Assembly: GCA_964624735.1 (NCBI GenBank)
Contig: CAZUXN010000002.1
Span: 1-43,282 of the forward strand
DNA from: Candidatus Woesearchaeota archaeon
GTDB taxonomy: Archaea > Nanobdellota > Nanobdellia > Pacearchaeales > GW2011-AR1
Length of the DNA stretch: 43,282 bases
Direction of reading: 5' to 3'
Part shown: positions 24,553-32,959 of the stretch, piece by piece
Layout of the letters: each line of letters opens with the position of its first letter
Numbering within the stretch: the stretch's first letter is position 1
Made by a program: the position numbers and the translations under genes
Notes under the pieces: model-generated
Databases searched by the model: none
What the model was told of the DNA's origin: nothing
Seen by the model: the letters and a program-made list of their open reading frames with translations, nothing else

Positions 24553-24569
24553 CCTAGTCCCAGACTAGG
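24553..24569. other. Perfect 7-bp hairpin between the VR-like and TR-like repeats
   Basis: CCTAGTC-CCA-GACTAGG flanked by GGGG/T-run on the + strand (A-run/CCCC on the minus strand). Confidence 0.6.
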
Positions 24570-24627
24570 GGTTTTTTGAAGAATTTTAGGCTTTTAATTA
24601 TTGTTGTATTCTAAAATATATATTAAC

Positions 24628-25335
24628 CTATTTTTTCGAGCCGACGCCTTCGGCGTGAACCAGCCCCACCCGGCCATCGCCGCCCGAATCCGCGAGATTG
24701 TCGTTCCAGACGATCAGGTTGCCGTCGCCCACATATAGCCTCGACAATCCGGTCCGTTTTGTAAAAACTTTAATCTTAGTACCATCAAACTCTATTTTTT
24801 TTTCGTTATTTGAATAGGCGAATCTTGGGTCTATGATTATTTGTGTTTCATCTGTTTCTACAAATTTGTATCCTTGTTTGGTATTTGCTTCGGCTATTCT
24901 TAATCCGATAAATCTTGCTGGGTTTTCTGAGTCGTAAGATATATTACCTTGGTTTTTTGCTATACCTGCTAAGTTAGTTGATGGTTGGGATACATCGTTT
25001 GAGTAAAGTATTGCTTCTTTTATGTCGGCGTATATTCCTTCGAATGGGTTTATATTGTTGGCTTGCCCATGGGCGATTATTCTTACTGCGTCTTCTAGGG
25101 ATAGGGTTGCTATATTTGTTCCTTTTAGGAGTTCTGTTGTTGCTATTACGAAGGGTAGACTTGAGCCTGTGGCGTTTTCTATATTGAATCCGGAGTTCAT
25201 GATTGTTTTGTATCCTGGTGAATCTTTACCAAATCTTCCGATTAGAAAATCATTTACCCTTTGATACATAGATAAATCTGCTTGTATAATTCTTAATCCA
25301 TTTGTTGCGGGGATATCTATGTTTAGGTTTGCCAT
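24628..25335 (-). CDS. Hypothetical protein; candidate former DGR target (VR-like C-terminus)
   Basis: 235 aa, no recognised fold. The last ~35 aa (SRLYVGDGNLIVWNDNLADSGGDGRVGLVH..) are encoded by a locally GC-rich stretch repeated at 24362-24434. Confidence 0.6.
   Translation of the reverse strand: MANLNIDIPATNGLRIIQADLSMYQRVNDFLIGRFGKDSPGYKTIMNSGFNIENATGSSLPFVIATTELLKGTNIATLSLEDAVRIIAHGQANNINPFEGIYADIKEAILYSNDVSQPSTNLAGIAKNQGNISYDSENPARFIGLRIAEANTKQGYKFVETDETQIIIDPRFAYSNNEKKIEFDGTKIKVFTKRTGLSRLYVGDGNLIVWNDNLADSGGDGRVGLVHAEGVGSKK
24676..24748 (-). repeat. Variable-repeat-like copy (inside the CDS 3' end)
   Basis: See 24362-24434. There are 14 mismatches, 7 of them at adenines of the RT-proximal copy. 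Confidence 0.6.
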
Positions 25336-25389
25336 GTGATATTGGAGGATTTTTTGTTTATAAAGTTTTTGGTTGTTGTCACTTTAAAG

Positions 25390-27765
25390 TTAGATGTTGT
25401 GGCATGCTTTCAGGTCTTTTTCGAATTCTTGCAATTCTTTAGGGATTTTGATTCCTGCGATTGGGTTTCGTAGAGATATACCTTTTTCTTTTTTTGTTTT
25501 CCAGATTTGAGAATTGAAATCTGTTAATTTGTTTATTATTTGTTGGTTATTATTTGTTGGTTTTGTTTTTGGCCATTCTGATTTTAGAAGGTCTATATTT
25601 TTTTCTTTGGCGATTAGCGTCGTGATTTGTGGGATGATTGGGTAAAGGAGGGTTAGTAGTCTTTCTAGGATGAAGTGTAGTGTGTATTTTGCCGAGGTTG
25701 ATTCTTCGTTTGTGAAGTTTTTATTTTCGTTGTAGGCTCGGTTTTTTACGAGTTCGATGTAGTTGGATGCGAATGTGTCCCATAAAAATTTTCTGAGATT
25801 TTGTGCTGGATGATTGAAATCGTAAACTTGGTAGGATTTGTCTGTGGTTTGTGTTAGGTCTTCGATGTGATTGATGAAGAGTTGGTCTAATTTTGTTAGT
25901 GTTGGTTTGTTTTTTGGTTTATCGAACATCATTACGAATTTTGAAATGTTTAGTAATTTGTTTAGAGATTTTTTTTCAGCTTTGATTTTTTCTTTTGAGC
26001 AGGTGAAGTCGCCTTTAGAAAGGTCGCCTTCAGTTGCTGCCCAAAATCTTAGTGCTTCGGCTCCGTCTTCTTTTAGAATTTCTTGTGGGTCGATTGCATT
26101 GCCTAATGATTTTGACATTTTTCGGCCGTTCTCGTCTAAGATGTGTTGGTGAATCCAGATGTCTTTGAAGCAGGATTTTTTTGTTTCAAGGAAGCCTCGG
26201 AGAATTGTGTAGTAGAGCCATGTTCTTACGATTTCTTTTCCTTGTGGTCTCAGCGTCGCTGGGTATGTTTTTTTGAAAAATGTATTGTCGGATTTATACT
26301 TGAGCATGTTGAGTTCTGAGATTGATGAGTCGAACCAGGTGTCGAGAACTCTTTCTTCGCCTGTCCATTTATTTTTTGGGAAGTCTGCGACGGTTCCTAA
26401 TATTTTTTTTGTTTTGGTGTCTATAACTTCTGCGTCTTTTGGTGGTAGTTGTTTCCATGGTTCGGCATATTTTCCTTGTGGTGCTAATGCTATTAGATTT
26501 TCTGAATACCATAATGGGATTGGAGTTGCGTAATATCTTCTTCTTGATATTGGCCAGTCGATTGAGATTGAGTCTATCCAAGAGTCTAGGATTTTTTTTG
26601 AGTTTTTTGGATAGAAGTTTATATCCTTGATTATTTTTCGGATGTCGTTTTTGAATTCTATTTGTTTTAGGTAGAATTCTGGCATTTCGATGAATTCGAT
26701 TTCGGCATTTGAGCGTTCGGAGATTGGGGTTCGATGTGTGATTTGTTCTTGTTTTACGAGGAGTCCTTTTTCTTTGATTAATTCGATTATTTTTTCTCTT
26801 GCTTCTTTGACTTTTAGTCCTTTTAGGATTCCGGCTTTTTCGTTCATTCTTCCGTTTTGCTCGATTGCGATTTGTGGGATTAGTTTCATTTCTCGGAAGA
26901 ACTGGATATCAGTTAGGTCTCCCATTGAGCACATCATTGCGATGCCGGTGCCTTTGTCGATTTGGGCTGATGGGTGTGATTTGATTGGGATTTCTTTTTT
27001 GAAGATTGGGGAGATTGCTGTTTTGCCGTCGAGATGCTTGTATCTTTTGTCTTCTGGATTATAGATTACCATTCCGCATGTTGCGATTAGTTCTGGTCGT
27101 GTTGTTCCGATTATTATTTCTTCTTTAGTTTCTTTGACTTCCCATTTAATGTCGTTGAAGGTTGATTGGATTTCTTCGTAGTCGATTTCTGAGTCGGCGA
27201 TTGTTGTTCGGAGTTTTGGGTCCCAGTTGTTAATCCTTGCATCTTCGTAGATTAGTCCTTTTTTGTATAGGTCGATGAAGGTTGACTGGGTTAGTGTTCT
27301 GTATTCTGGGGAGTCGGTGTTATAGATTGCGCCGATTTTCCCGTCGTCTTTGTAGGAGGAGAATGAGATTCCGAGTTTCGCGAATGAGTCGATTGATTCG
27401 GCTGAGGCTTCGCTTAATAGTTGTTCACATAGTTCTACGAATTTTTTTCTTCCGACTTTGAATGGGGATGCTTTGAATTTTTTTTCGGTTGCCATTTCGA
27501 TTGGGAGTCCGTTTCTATCTAAGCCGAGGGGGAATAAGACTTCTTCACCTTTCATTCGTCGGTATCGTGCGAAGAAATCCATGAAGCAGTATGTGACGGC
27601 ATGGCCCATGTGGATTGGGGTGTTGACGTATGGGGGAGGTGTGTCGATTGAGTAGATTTTCTTTTTTGTTTTTGGATTGAATTTGAAAAGGTCTTTCTTT
27701 TTCCAATTAGATGTGATTTCGTTTTCTATTTCGACGTTCCAGTTTTTTATTTGTTTGAGGTTCAT
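25390..27765 (-). CDS. valS: Valyl-tRNA synthetase
   Basis: IDTPPPYVNTPIHMGHA (HIGH-type), KMSKSLGN, editing-domain-sized insert. Start moved to MNLKQIKNW (ATG 27765). Confidence 0.8.
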   Translation of the reverse strand: MNLKQIKNWNVEIENEITSNWKKKDLFKFNPKTKKKIYSIDTPPPYVNTPIHMGHAVTYCFMDFFARYRRMKGEEVLFPLGLDRNGLPIEMATEKKFKASPFKVGRKKFVELCEQLLSEASAESIDSFAKLGISFSSYKDDGKIGAIYNTDSPEYRTLTQSTFIDLYKKGLIYEDARINNWDPKLRTTIADSEIDYEEIQSTFNDIKWEVKETKEEIIIGTTRPELIATCGMVIYNPEDKRYKHLDGKTAISPIFKKEIPIKSHPSAQIDKGTGIAMMCSMGDLTDIQFFREMKLIPQIAIEQNGRMNEKAGILKGLKVKEAREKIIELIKEKGLLVKQEQITHRTPISERSNAEIEFIEMPEFYLKQIEFKNDIRKIIKDINFYPKNSKKILDSWIDSISIDWPISRRRYYATPIPLWYSENLIALAPQGKYAEPWKQLPPKDAEVIDTKTKKILGTVADFPKNKWTGEERVLDTWFDSSISELNMLKYKSDNTFFKKTYPATLRPQGKEIVRTWLYYTILRGFLETKKSCFKDIWIHQHILDENGRKMSKSLGNAIDPQEILKEDGAEALRFWAATEGDLSKGDFTCSKEKIKAEKKSLNKLLNISKFVMMFDKPKNKPTLTKLDQLFINHIEDLTQTTDKSYQVYDFNHPAQNLRKFLWDTFASNYIELVKNRAYNENKNFTNEESTSAKYTLHFILERLLTLLYPIIPQITTLIAKEKNIDLLKSEWPKTKPTNNNQQIINKLTDFNSQIWKTKKEKGISLRNPIAGIKIPKELQEFEKDLKACHNI

Positions 27766-27813
27766 GTTAATTGATATAGTAAGAGATTTAAAAGAATGTT
27801 GGTTGAGTTTTTT

Positions 27814-27864
27814 ATGGAGAAGAAGCTTAGGATTTTGGCTGCGGCAGATTTGCATGGGAACGCG
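27814..27864 (+). pseudogene. Ghost copy of the metallophosphoesterase 5' end
   Basis: ATGGAGAAGAAGCTTAGGATTTTGGCTGCGGCAGATTTGCATGGGAA (MEKKLRILAAADLHGN), versus real 27969.. ATGGTTGGGAAACTTAGAATATTAGCTGCTGCGGATTTACATGGGAG (MVGKLRILAAADLHGS). Confidence 0.8.
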
Positions 27865-27928
27865 TTTCGCTAGCTGTTCGGTGTTCGCTATTCGGTGTTA
27901 GCTTAAGTGTTGCGCGGTTCGTCCGCGC
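27864..27928. repeat. 7-nt-period array flanked by a palindrome and a GC hairpin
   Basis: AACGCGTT palindrome (27859-27866). GTTTCGC TAGCTGT TCGGTGT TCGCTAT TCGGTGT TAGCTTA AGTGTTG. Then GCGCGG-TTCGT-CCGCGC (27912-27928) plus TTTT. Confidence 0.8.
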
Positions 27929-27968
27929 TTTTGGGAAAGTTTTTATAATTGTTTTATGTGTTTGTTGT

Positions 27969-28562
27969 ATGGTTGGGAAACTTAGAATATTAGCTGCTGC
28001 GGATTTACATGGGAGTTTAGATATTGCTAAAAAATTATCTATGAAGGCGAAGAAGAATAAAGTTGACCTTGTTGTTTTGGCCGGGGATATTTATGGGTAT
28101 AGCGAGGGGGAGCCTGGGATTTTGGAGCCGTTTCGAAAGGCGGGGCAGAAGGTTATATTTGTGCCGGGGAACTGTGATTTTGATGAGGAGCATGAGATGT
28201 TGAAGAAAGAGGCGAAGAGTATTCATAATTATTATGTGAATTATGGTGGTGTTGGGATTGTTGGGATTGGGAATCCGAATTGGAAGTTGAGTTTGGATGG
28301 TGGGGACTTGGCGGAAATTAAGCGGAATTTTGGGAGGATGAAGGCGGGGAAGAAGATTTTGGTTTCGCATTTGCACGCGGCTGGGACGAAGGCGGAGTTT
28401 TCTGGGATTCCTGGGGATGATGTTATTCGGGACGCTGTTGATGAGTTTAAGCCTGATTTGTTGATTGCGGCGCATATTCATGAGGGCGAGGGGATTGAGG
28501 ATAAGATTGGGAAGACTCGGGTTGTGCAGGTTGGACGGAAGGGGAAGATTTTGGAGATTTAG
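27969..28562 (+). CDS. Calcineurin-like metallophosphoesterase (YfcE/MJ0936-like)
   Basis: AADLHGS, AGDIYG, PGNCD, SHLH, AAHIHEG motif series. Confidence 0.8.
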   Translation: MVGKLRILAAADLHGSLDIAKKLSMKAKKNKVDLVVLAGDIYGYSEGEPGILEPFRKAGQKVIFVPGNCDFDEEHEMLKKEAKSIHNYYVNYGGVGIVGIGNPNWKLSLDGGDLAEIKRNFGRMKAGKKILVSHLHAAGTKAEFSGIPGDDVIRDAVDEFKPDLLIAAHIHEGEGIEDKIGKTRVVQVGRKGKILEI

Positions 28563-28563
28563 G

Positions 28564-28590
28564 GAAATATTCTTATAGTATGTGTTTTTG
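28564..28590 (+). repeat. Promoter-region repeat GAAATATTCTTATAGTATGTGTTTTTG (copy 1)
   Basis: Near-identical copy at 29987-30013 (one extra T). Both lie just upstream of an ATG (hydrolase and topA). Confidence 0.8.
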
Positions 28591-28592
28591 AT

Positions 28593-29348
28593 ATGGTGAT
28601 GACTGAGACGAAGGTATTTTTTAATGGTGAGATTGGGAGAATTTGTGGGGTTTTGCACAAGGTTGATGATAGTTCTAAGATTGTGATTGTTGTGCATGGT
28701 TTTAGTTCGAACAAGGAGACTGGGGCGGTGGATATTTCGAGGGAATTGAATAAGGTTGGGGTTAATGCTTTGAGGATAGATTTGGATAATCAGGGGGAGT
28801 CCGAGTTGGATTTTGAGACTGGGGCATGTATTCCTAATTATGTTAAGCAAGTTGAGGCGGCGATTAGTTATTGTAAGGGGTTGGGGTATAAGGAGATTAG
28901 CTTGATTGGAGGGAGTTATGGGGGATTGGTTGTTTTTGCTGTTGCTCTTAGTCATCCTGAAATCAAAAGAATGGTTTTGAGGGTTCCTGTTGTTGATCAC
29001 AAGGAGCATGTTATTTGGAAATATGGAGAAGAGAAGTTGGAAGAATTTAAGGAAAATGGTGTTGTTCTTTATTTTAATAAGAATAATGAAAAATTTGATG
29101 TAACGTTTGATTTTATTGAAAAATCTTATCCTTATTCTATGTATGATAGAGCGGGGGAAGTTCGGATTCCGACTTTGATTATTCAGGGGGATGAGGATGA
29201 AGCTGTGGAACCTGATGCGGCGAGAAGGGCGGTGAAGTTTTTTTCTAATGGTAAGTTGTATGTTGTTAAAGGGGCGGGGCATAATTTGGGAGTGGGTGGG
29301 GATTTTAGTGAGGGGTTGAAGGTGTTGGTTGATTTTTTTAGAGATTAG
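28593..29348 (+). CDS. Alpha/beta hydrolase
   Basis: VVHGFSSNK, nucleophile elbow GGSYGG, QGDEDE, GAGH. 251 aa. Confidence 0.7.
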   Translation: MVMTETKVFFNGEIGRICGVLHKVDDSSKIVIVVHGFSSNKETGAVDISRELNKVGVNALRIDLDNQGESELDFETGACIPNYVKQVEAAISYCKGLGYKEISLIGGSYGGLVVFAVALSHPEIKRMVLRVPVVDHKEHVIWKYGEEKLEEFKENGVVLYFNKNNEKFDVTFDFIEKSYPYSMYDRAGEVRIPTLIIQGDEDEAVEPDAARRAVKFFSNGKLYVVKGAGHNLGVGGDFSEGLKVLVDFFRD

Positions 29349-29384
29349 GAAATATTAAAAGTCTCCTTAATTTGGTTTAATGTA

Positions 29385-29519
29385 ATGGCGAAAGAGAAAA
29401 ATGCGACTTTGATAATTACGGAGAAGCCGGCGGCGGCGGAGAAGATAGCGGCGGCTTTGAGTAGTGCGACTGATGAGAAGATTACGAACAAGGATAAGGT
29501 TTCGTATTATGAATTTTAA
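29385..29519 (+). pseudogene. Ghost copy of the topA 5' end (44 codons plus stop)
   Basis: MAKEKNATLIITEKPAAAEKIAAALSSATDEKITNKDKVSYYEF*. Over 90% nt identity by hand alignment to 30022-30156. Confidence 0.9.
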
Positions 29520-29526
29520 AGATTTA

Positions 29527-29733
29527 TTAACAAATTAGGTTCTTTACGTTGACTTCTGAAAGAAAGTTCTTTGGGATTCTTTTGCTTACGTTCAAAAGTT
29601 CTATTCCTAGAATATTTCCTTTTTCGTCTAAATCTAAAATTGTGTTGTCGTCCATTTTTTTGTTTGATGCGAAGTCGCCACTAGAGAATTCTATGTATAC
29701 TGCGTCTGCGTCTTTGTCGAAGGTGATTTCCAT
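29527..29733 (-). CDS. DUF2283-family putative antitoxin
   Basis: MEITFDKDADAVYIEFSSG...DLDEKGNILGIELLNVSK is the typical DUF2283 pattern. Confidence 0.7.
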   Translation of the reverse strand: MEITFDKDADAVYIEFSSGDFASNKKMDDNTILDLDEKGNILGIELLNVSKRIPKNFLSEVNVKNLIC

Positions 29734-29942
29734 TATATATAGTAGGCAGTTATAACCTTTATATATTTATCTTTCTCGTATACGATTTCTATATTCGCCT
29801 TATCGATGTTTTTCTGAACGTAAAATTTTCCATCTTTTTTGGAGGTGTTTTCTGGATATTTAATGGAATTGATAACTTCATCTTTTGTTAATTTTCTTTT
29901 TTTCATTCTAAAGAGGGCGTGTTTGGTGAAAATGATTTCCAT
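29733..29942 (-). CDS. DUF4258-family putative toxin
   Basis: IFTKHALFRMKKRKLTKDEVINSI...IEIVYEKDKYIKVITAY. 1-nt overlap with its DUF2283 partner. Confidence 0.65.
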   Translation of the reverse strand: MEIIFTKHALFRMKKRKLTKDEVINSIKYPENTSKKDGKFYVQKNIDKANIEIVYEKDKYIKVITAYYI

Positions 29943-29986
29943 AATTTTTCCAAGCGAGGAAGTTTATTAAATCTTTGTGATGGTGC

Positions 29987-30013
29987 GAAATATTCTTATA
30001 GTATGTGTTTTTT
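29987..30013 (+). repeat. Promoter-region repeat (copy 2)
   Basis: GAAATATTCTTATAGTATGTGTTTTTTG just upstream of the topA ATG at 30022. Confidence 0.8.
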
Positions 30014-30021
30014 GTATTGGT

Positions 30022-32211
30022 ATGGTTAAGAAGAATGCGACCTTGATTATTACAGAGAAACCGGCGGCGGCGGAGAAGATAGCGGCGGCTTTGAGTGGGG
30101 CGACTGATGAGAAGATTACGAATAAGGATAAGGTTTCGTATTATGAGTTTTACAAGGGAAGTCGGAGATATATTATTGGATGTGCGGTTGGGCATTTGTT
30201 TGGGATTCAGCAGATTGCGAAGAGGGGGCCGTTTCCTAATTTTGAGGTTGAGTGGAGGGCGTCTTATAATAAGAAGGGTGGGGCTTTTACTGAGAAGTAT
30301 TTGAGAGTTTTGAAAAAGTTGGCGAAGGAATGTGATGAGTTTATTGTTGCAACGGACTTTGATGTCGAGGGAGAGGTGATTGGTTGGAATGTTGTGCGGT
30401 TTGTTTGTGGAAAGAAGGATGCTAAAAGGATGAAGTTTTCTTTGTTGACGAAGGAGGCGTTGGATAAGTCGTTTGAGAATTTGTTGCCGACGCTTAATTG
30501 GGGCGCGGCGATTGCGGGGGAGACTCGACATTATATTGATTGGTTTTATGGGATTAATTTGTCGCGGGGTTTAATGAAGGCGTTGAGCTCGACTGGGACT
30601 TTTAGGATTTTGTCGATTGGTCGGGTTCAGGGGCCGGCGTTGAAGATTGTTGCGGACAGGGAGAAAGAGATTCGGGATTTTGAGTCGGAGCCGTATTGGA
30701 ATGTGTTTTTGCAGGTTCAGGATTCGAAGGGGCAGAGAGTTGAGGTGAAGCATCCGAAGGATATTTTTAAAGAGAGTGAGTTGTTGAAGTTTAAGCATTT
30801 GCAGGGGAAGAAAGGTGTTGCTTCTACGAAGATTAGTGACGATGAAGTTAAGGCGCCTGTTCCTTTTGATTTGACGACGCTGCAGACTGAGGCGTACAAG
30901 AATTGTGGGTTTACTCCGACGCAGACTTTGAAGGCGGCGCAGAATTTGTATTTGGCTGGGGCGATTTCGTATCCGAGGACTTCGAGCCAGAAGTATGATG
31001 CGTCGATTGGGTATGATAAGATTTTGAAGAATTTGAAGAAGTATACGACGGCTGTGAAATATGCGGTGAATTCGAAACCGACCGAGGGGACTAAGGTTGA
31101 CCCGGCGCATCCTGCGATTTATCCTACTGGTGAAGCTAAGAAAATTCCTGAGAGGGATAAGAAAATTTATGATTTGATTGTTAAGCGGTTTATTGCTTGT
31201 TTTTGTGATTCGGCTTTGGTTGAGAATAAGAGGATTAAGGTTGTTGTGAATGGTTTGGATTTTGGTGCGAAGGGAGTGCAAATTAAAGAGAAGGGTTGGA
31301 TGAATGTTTATCCGCATGGGACTAAGGAGTCGAAGGTTCCGACGATGAATGGGGATGTTGATGTTTTGGAGATTCGGACCGAGGAGAAAGAGACGAAACC
31401 GCCAAGAAGATATTCTGCTGCGTCGTTGGTTAAGGAGTTGGAGAAGAGGAATTTGGGGACGAAGGCGACTCGGGCGGCGATTGTTGAGACTTTGTATTCT
31501 CGGGGTTATGTTAGGGAGAAGAGTATTGAGGTTACGGAGTTGGGGATGAGAATGGAAGAAACGCTTGAGAAATATTCGCCGATTATTTTGGATGAGAAGC
31601 TTACTCGAGCTATGACTGAAGAATTAGAGAAGCTCGAGTCGGTATTCGGTATTCGGGGTGTCGGGGTGTCGGAGCTTGATAAGTTGAAGAAAGGTGAGAA
31701 GAAAATTTTGGATGAGGCGAAGGTTGTTGTGACGAAGATTGCCGAGGGGATGAGCGCTAATTTGGATAAGATGGGGAAGTCACTTGCTGATGCGAATGCG
31801 GTTGTTTGGGAGCAGGAGAAGGAGGCGAATACAATGAGCGAGTGTCCAGTTTGTCATAAAGGGAAGTTGAGGGTTATGTATGGGAAAAAATTTGGGAGAT
31901 ATTTTGTTTCGTGTGATGCTTATCCGGAGTGCAAGACGATTTATTCTTTGCCGCCGCGTGGTGCTATGCGCCCCGCGAGAAGACAGACGACAGAGGACAG
32001 AGGACAGAGGACAGAGGAGTTGGAGATGTGTGAGGAGTGTGGGTTTCCGAAGGTTGCGGCGTTCAAGAAAGGTGGGGCGCCTTGGAGGTTTTGTTTTAAT
32101 CCGGCGTGTCCGTCGAATGCGGAGTTGACGAAGAAGAAGGAAGAGTTTAAGGCGAAGATTGCGAGTGGTGAGATTAAGGTTGATGAGGATGGGAAGGTTG
32201 TTGAGAATTAG
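30022..32211 (+). CDS. topA: Type IA DNA topoisomerase
   Basis: TOPRIM (LIITEKPAAAEKIA, ATDFDVEGE), active-site region GAISYPRTSSQ, C-terminal Zn ribbons (CPVCHKG..CDAYPEC, CEECGFP..CFNPAC). Start moved to MVKKNATL. Confidence 0.9.
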   Translation: MVKKNATLIITEKPAAAEKIAAALSGATDEKITNKDKVSYYEFYKGSRRYIIGCAVGHLFGIQQIAKRGPFPNFEVEWRASYNKKGGAFTEKYLRVLKKLAKECDEFIVATDFDVEGEVIGWNVVRFVCGKKDAKRMKFSLLTKEALDKSFENLLPTLNWGAAIAGETRHYIDWFYGINLSRGLMKALSSTGTFRILSIGRVQGPALKIVADREKEIRDFESEPYWNVFLQVQDSKGQRVEVKHPKDIFKESELLKFKHLQGKKGVASTKISDDEVKAPVPFDLTTLQTEAYKNCGFTPTQTLKAAQNLYLAGAISYPRTSSQKYDASIGYDKILKNLKKYTTAVKYAVNSKPTEGTKVDPAHPAIYPTGEAKKIPERDKKIYDLIVKRFIACFCDSALVENKRIKVVVNGLDFGAKGVQIKEKGWMNVYPHGTKESKVPTMNGDVDVLEIRTEEKETKPPRRYSAASLVKELEKRNLGTKATRAAIVETLYSRGYVREKSIEVTELGMRMEETLEKYSPIILDEKLTRAMTEELEKLESVFGIRGVGVSELDKLKKGEKKILDEAKVVVTKIAEGMSANLDKMGKSLADANAVVWEQEKEANTMSECPVCHKGKLRVMYGKKFGRYFVSCDAYPECKTIYSLPPRGAMRPARRQTTEDRGQRTEELEMCEECGFPKVAAFKKGGAPWRFCFNPACPSNAELTKKKEEFKAKIASGEIKVDEDGKVVEN
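31603..31675. repeat. 9-bp inverted repeat plus 7/8-nt-period TCGG array inside topA
   Basis: ACTCGAGCT (31603-31611) / AGCTCGAGT (31631-31639), then TCGGTAT TCGGTAT TCGGGGTG TCGGGGTG TCGGAGC (31639-31675). Encodes ..ESVFGIRGVGVSE.. Confidence 0.75.
31977..32018. repeat. Six 7-nt units GAGAAGA CAGACGA CAGAGGA x4 inside topA
   Basis: 42 nt = 14 codons (..RRQTTEDRGQRTEE..) between two Zn-ribbon modules. The unit is nearly the same as in the lig array at 4641-4675. Confidence 0.85.
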
Positions 32212-32266
32212 ACATAGCATATTTAATTATAATAATTCTTATAAATAAGTCGCCCCTTGGCATTTT

Positions 32267-32959
32267 ATGAAAAGTGACCTTGGAGATTTGGCTGGTCTGA
32301 TTGGTTTATATCAACGTGTTCGGGTGGTTGAGAGAAATCCCGATGCGGCTGGAGCTTCAAGAGAATTGTTAGAAGCGAGAAGATTACATGAGATTAGAAT
32401 TAATGGGTTGATGGTTAATAGGGGATATGCTGCCCAAGAGAATCCGGTTTTTGATTATTGCTTAAGATGTTTTAATGGAGGTTCTGATGGTAGAGGTGCG
32501 CTTGATTTTTCGCCTAGAGTGAGAAGATTTATTCGTTATGCTAATGCGAATCAGGGGGGATATATTCTTTCTGCTAATGGAGATGTCCCTGAGGATATTG
32601 GAGTTATTGATGGCGAAGCCCGATTTGAAATGGATAGAACTTTTAGGTATTTGGTAGTTCCGGTTAAGAGACTGAGAACAAATATTGAAGGAAAATGGGA
32701 GAAGAAGTGTTTCTTTAATACTAAAACTAGAGAACCTGGTTTTAATGAAAATAGATTTATGGTTTCTCCTTATGTTTTTAGTGGCAAAAGAGAATGTGAG
32801 GATGATGCTTGGCATGGAGATGTTCCTGGAATGCCCAATGGAAATTCTAGAGTTTCGGTTTATATTGGAGATGGAAGAGTTACTGAATTCTTAGATAGAG
32901 GTTATGTGACGAACGTTCCAGCCAAAGAGAAAAAAGTTGTCTTAAGTGTTCTAAGTTAA
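32267..32959 (+). CDS. Hypothetical protein (orphan)
   Basis: 230 aa, no TM and no recognised motif. Its 3' end overlaps the convergent radB-like gene by 4 nt. Confidence 0.5.
   Translation: MKSDLGDLAGLIGLYQRVRVVERNPDAAGASRELLEARRLHEIRINGLMVNRGYAAQENPVFDYCLRCFNGGSDGRGALDFSPRVRRFIRYANANQGGYILSANGDVPEDIGVIDGEARFEMDRTFRYLVVPVKRLRTNIEGKWEKKCFFNTKTREPGFNENRFMVSPYVFSGKRECEDDAWHGDVPGMPNGNSRVSVYIGDGRVTEFLDRGYVTNVPAKEKKVVLSVLS

Noticed and set aside
24065-25335. An active DGR.
   Set aside because: The RT lacks its catalytic palm/finger region, and half of the VR/TR mismatches are at non-adenine positions. It is reported as a decayed element only.
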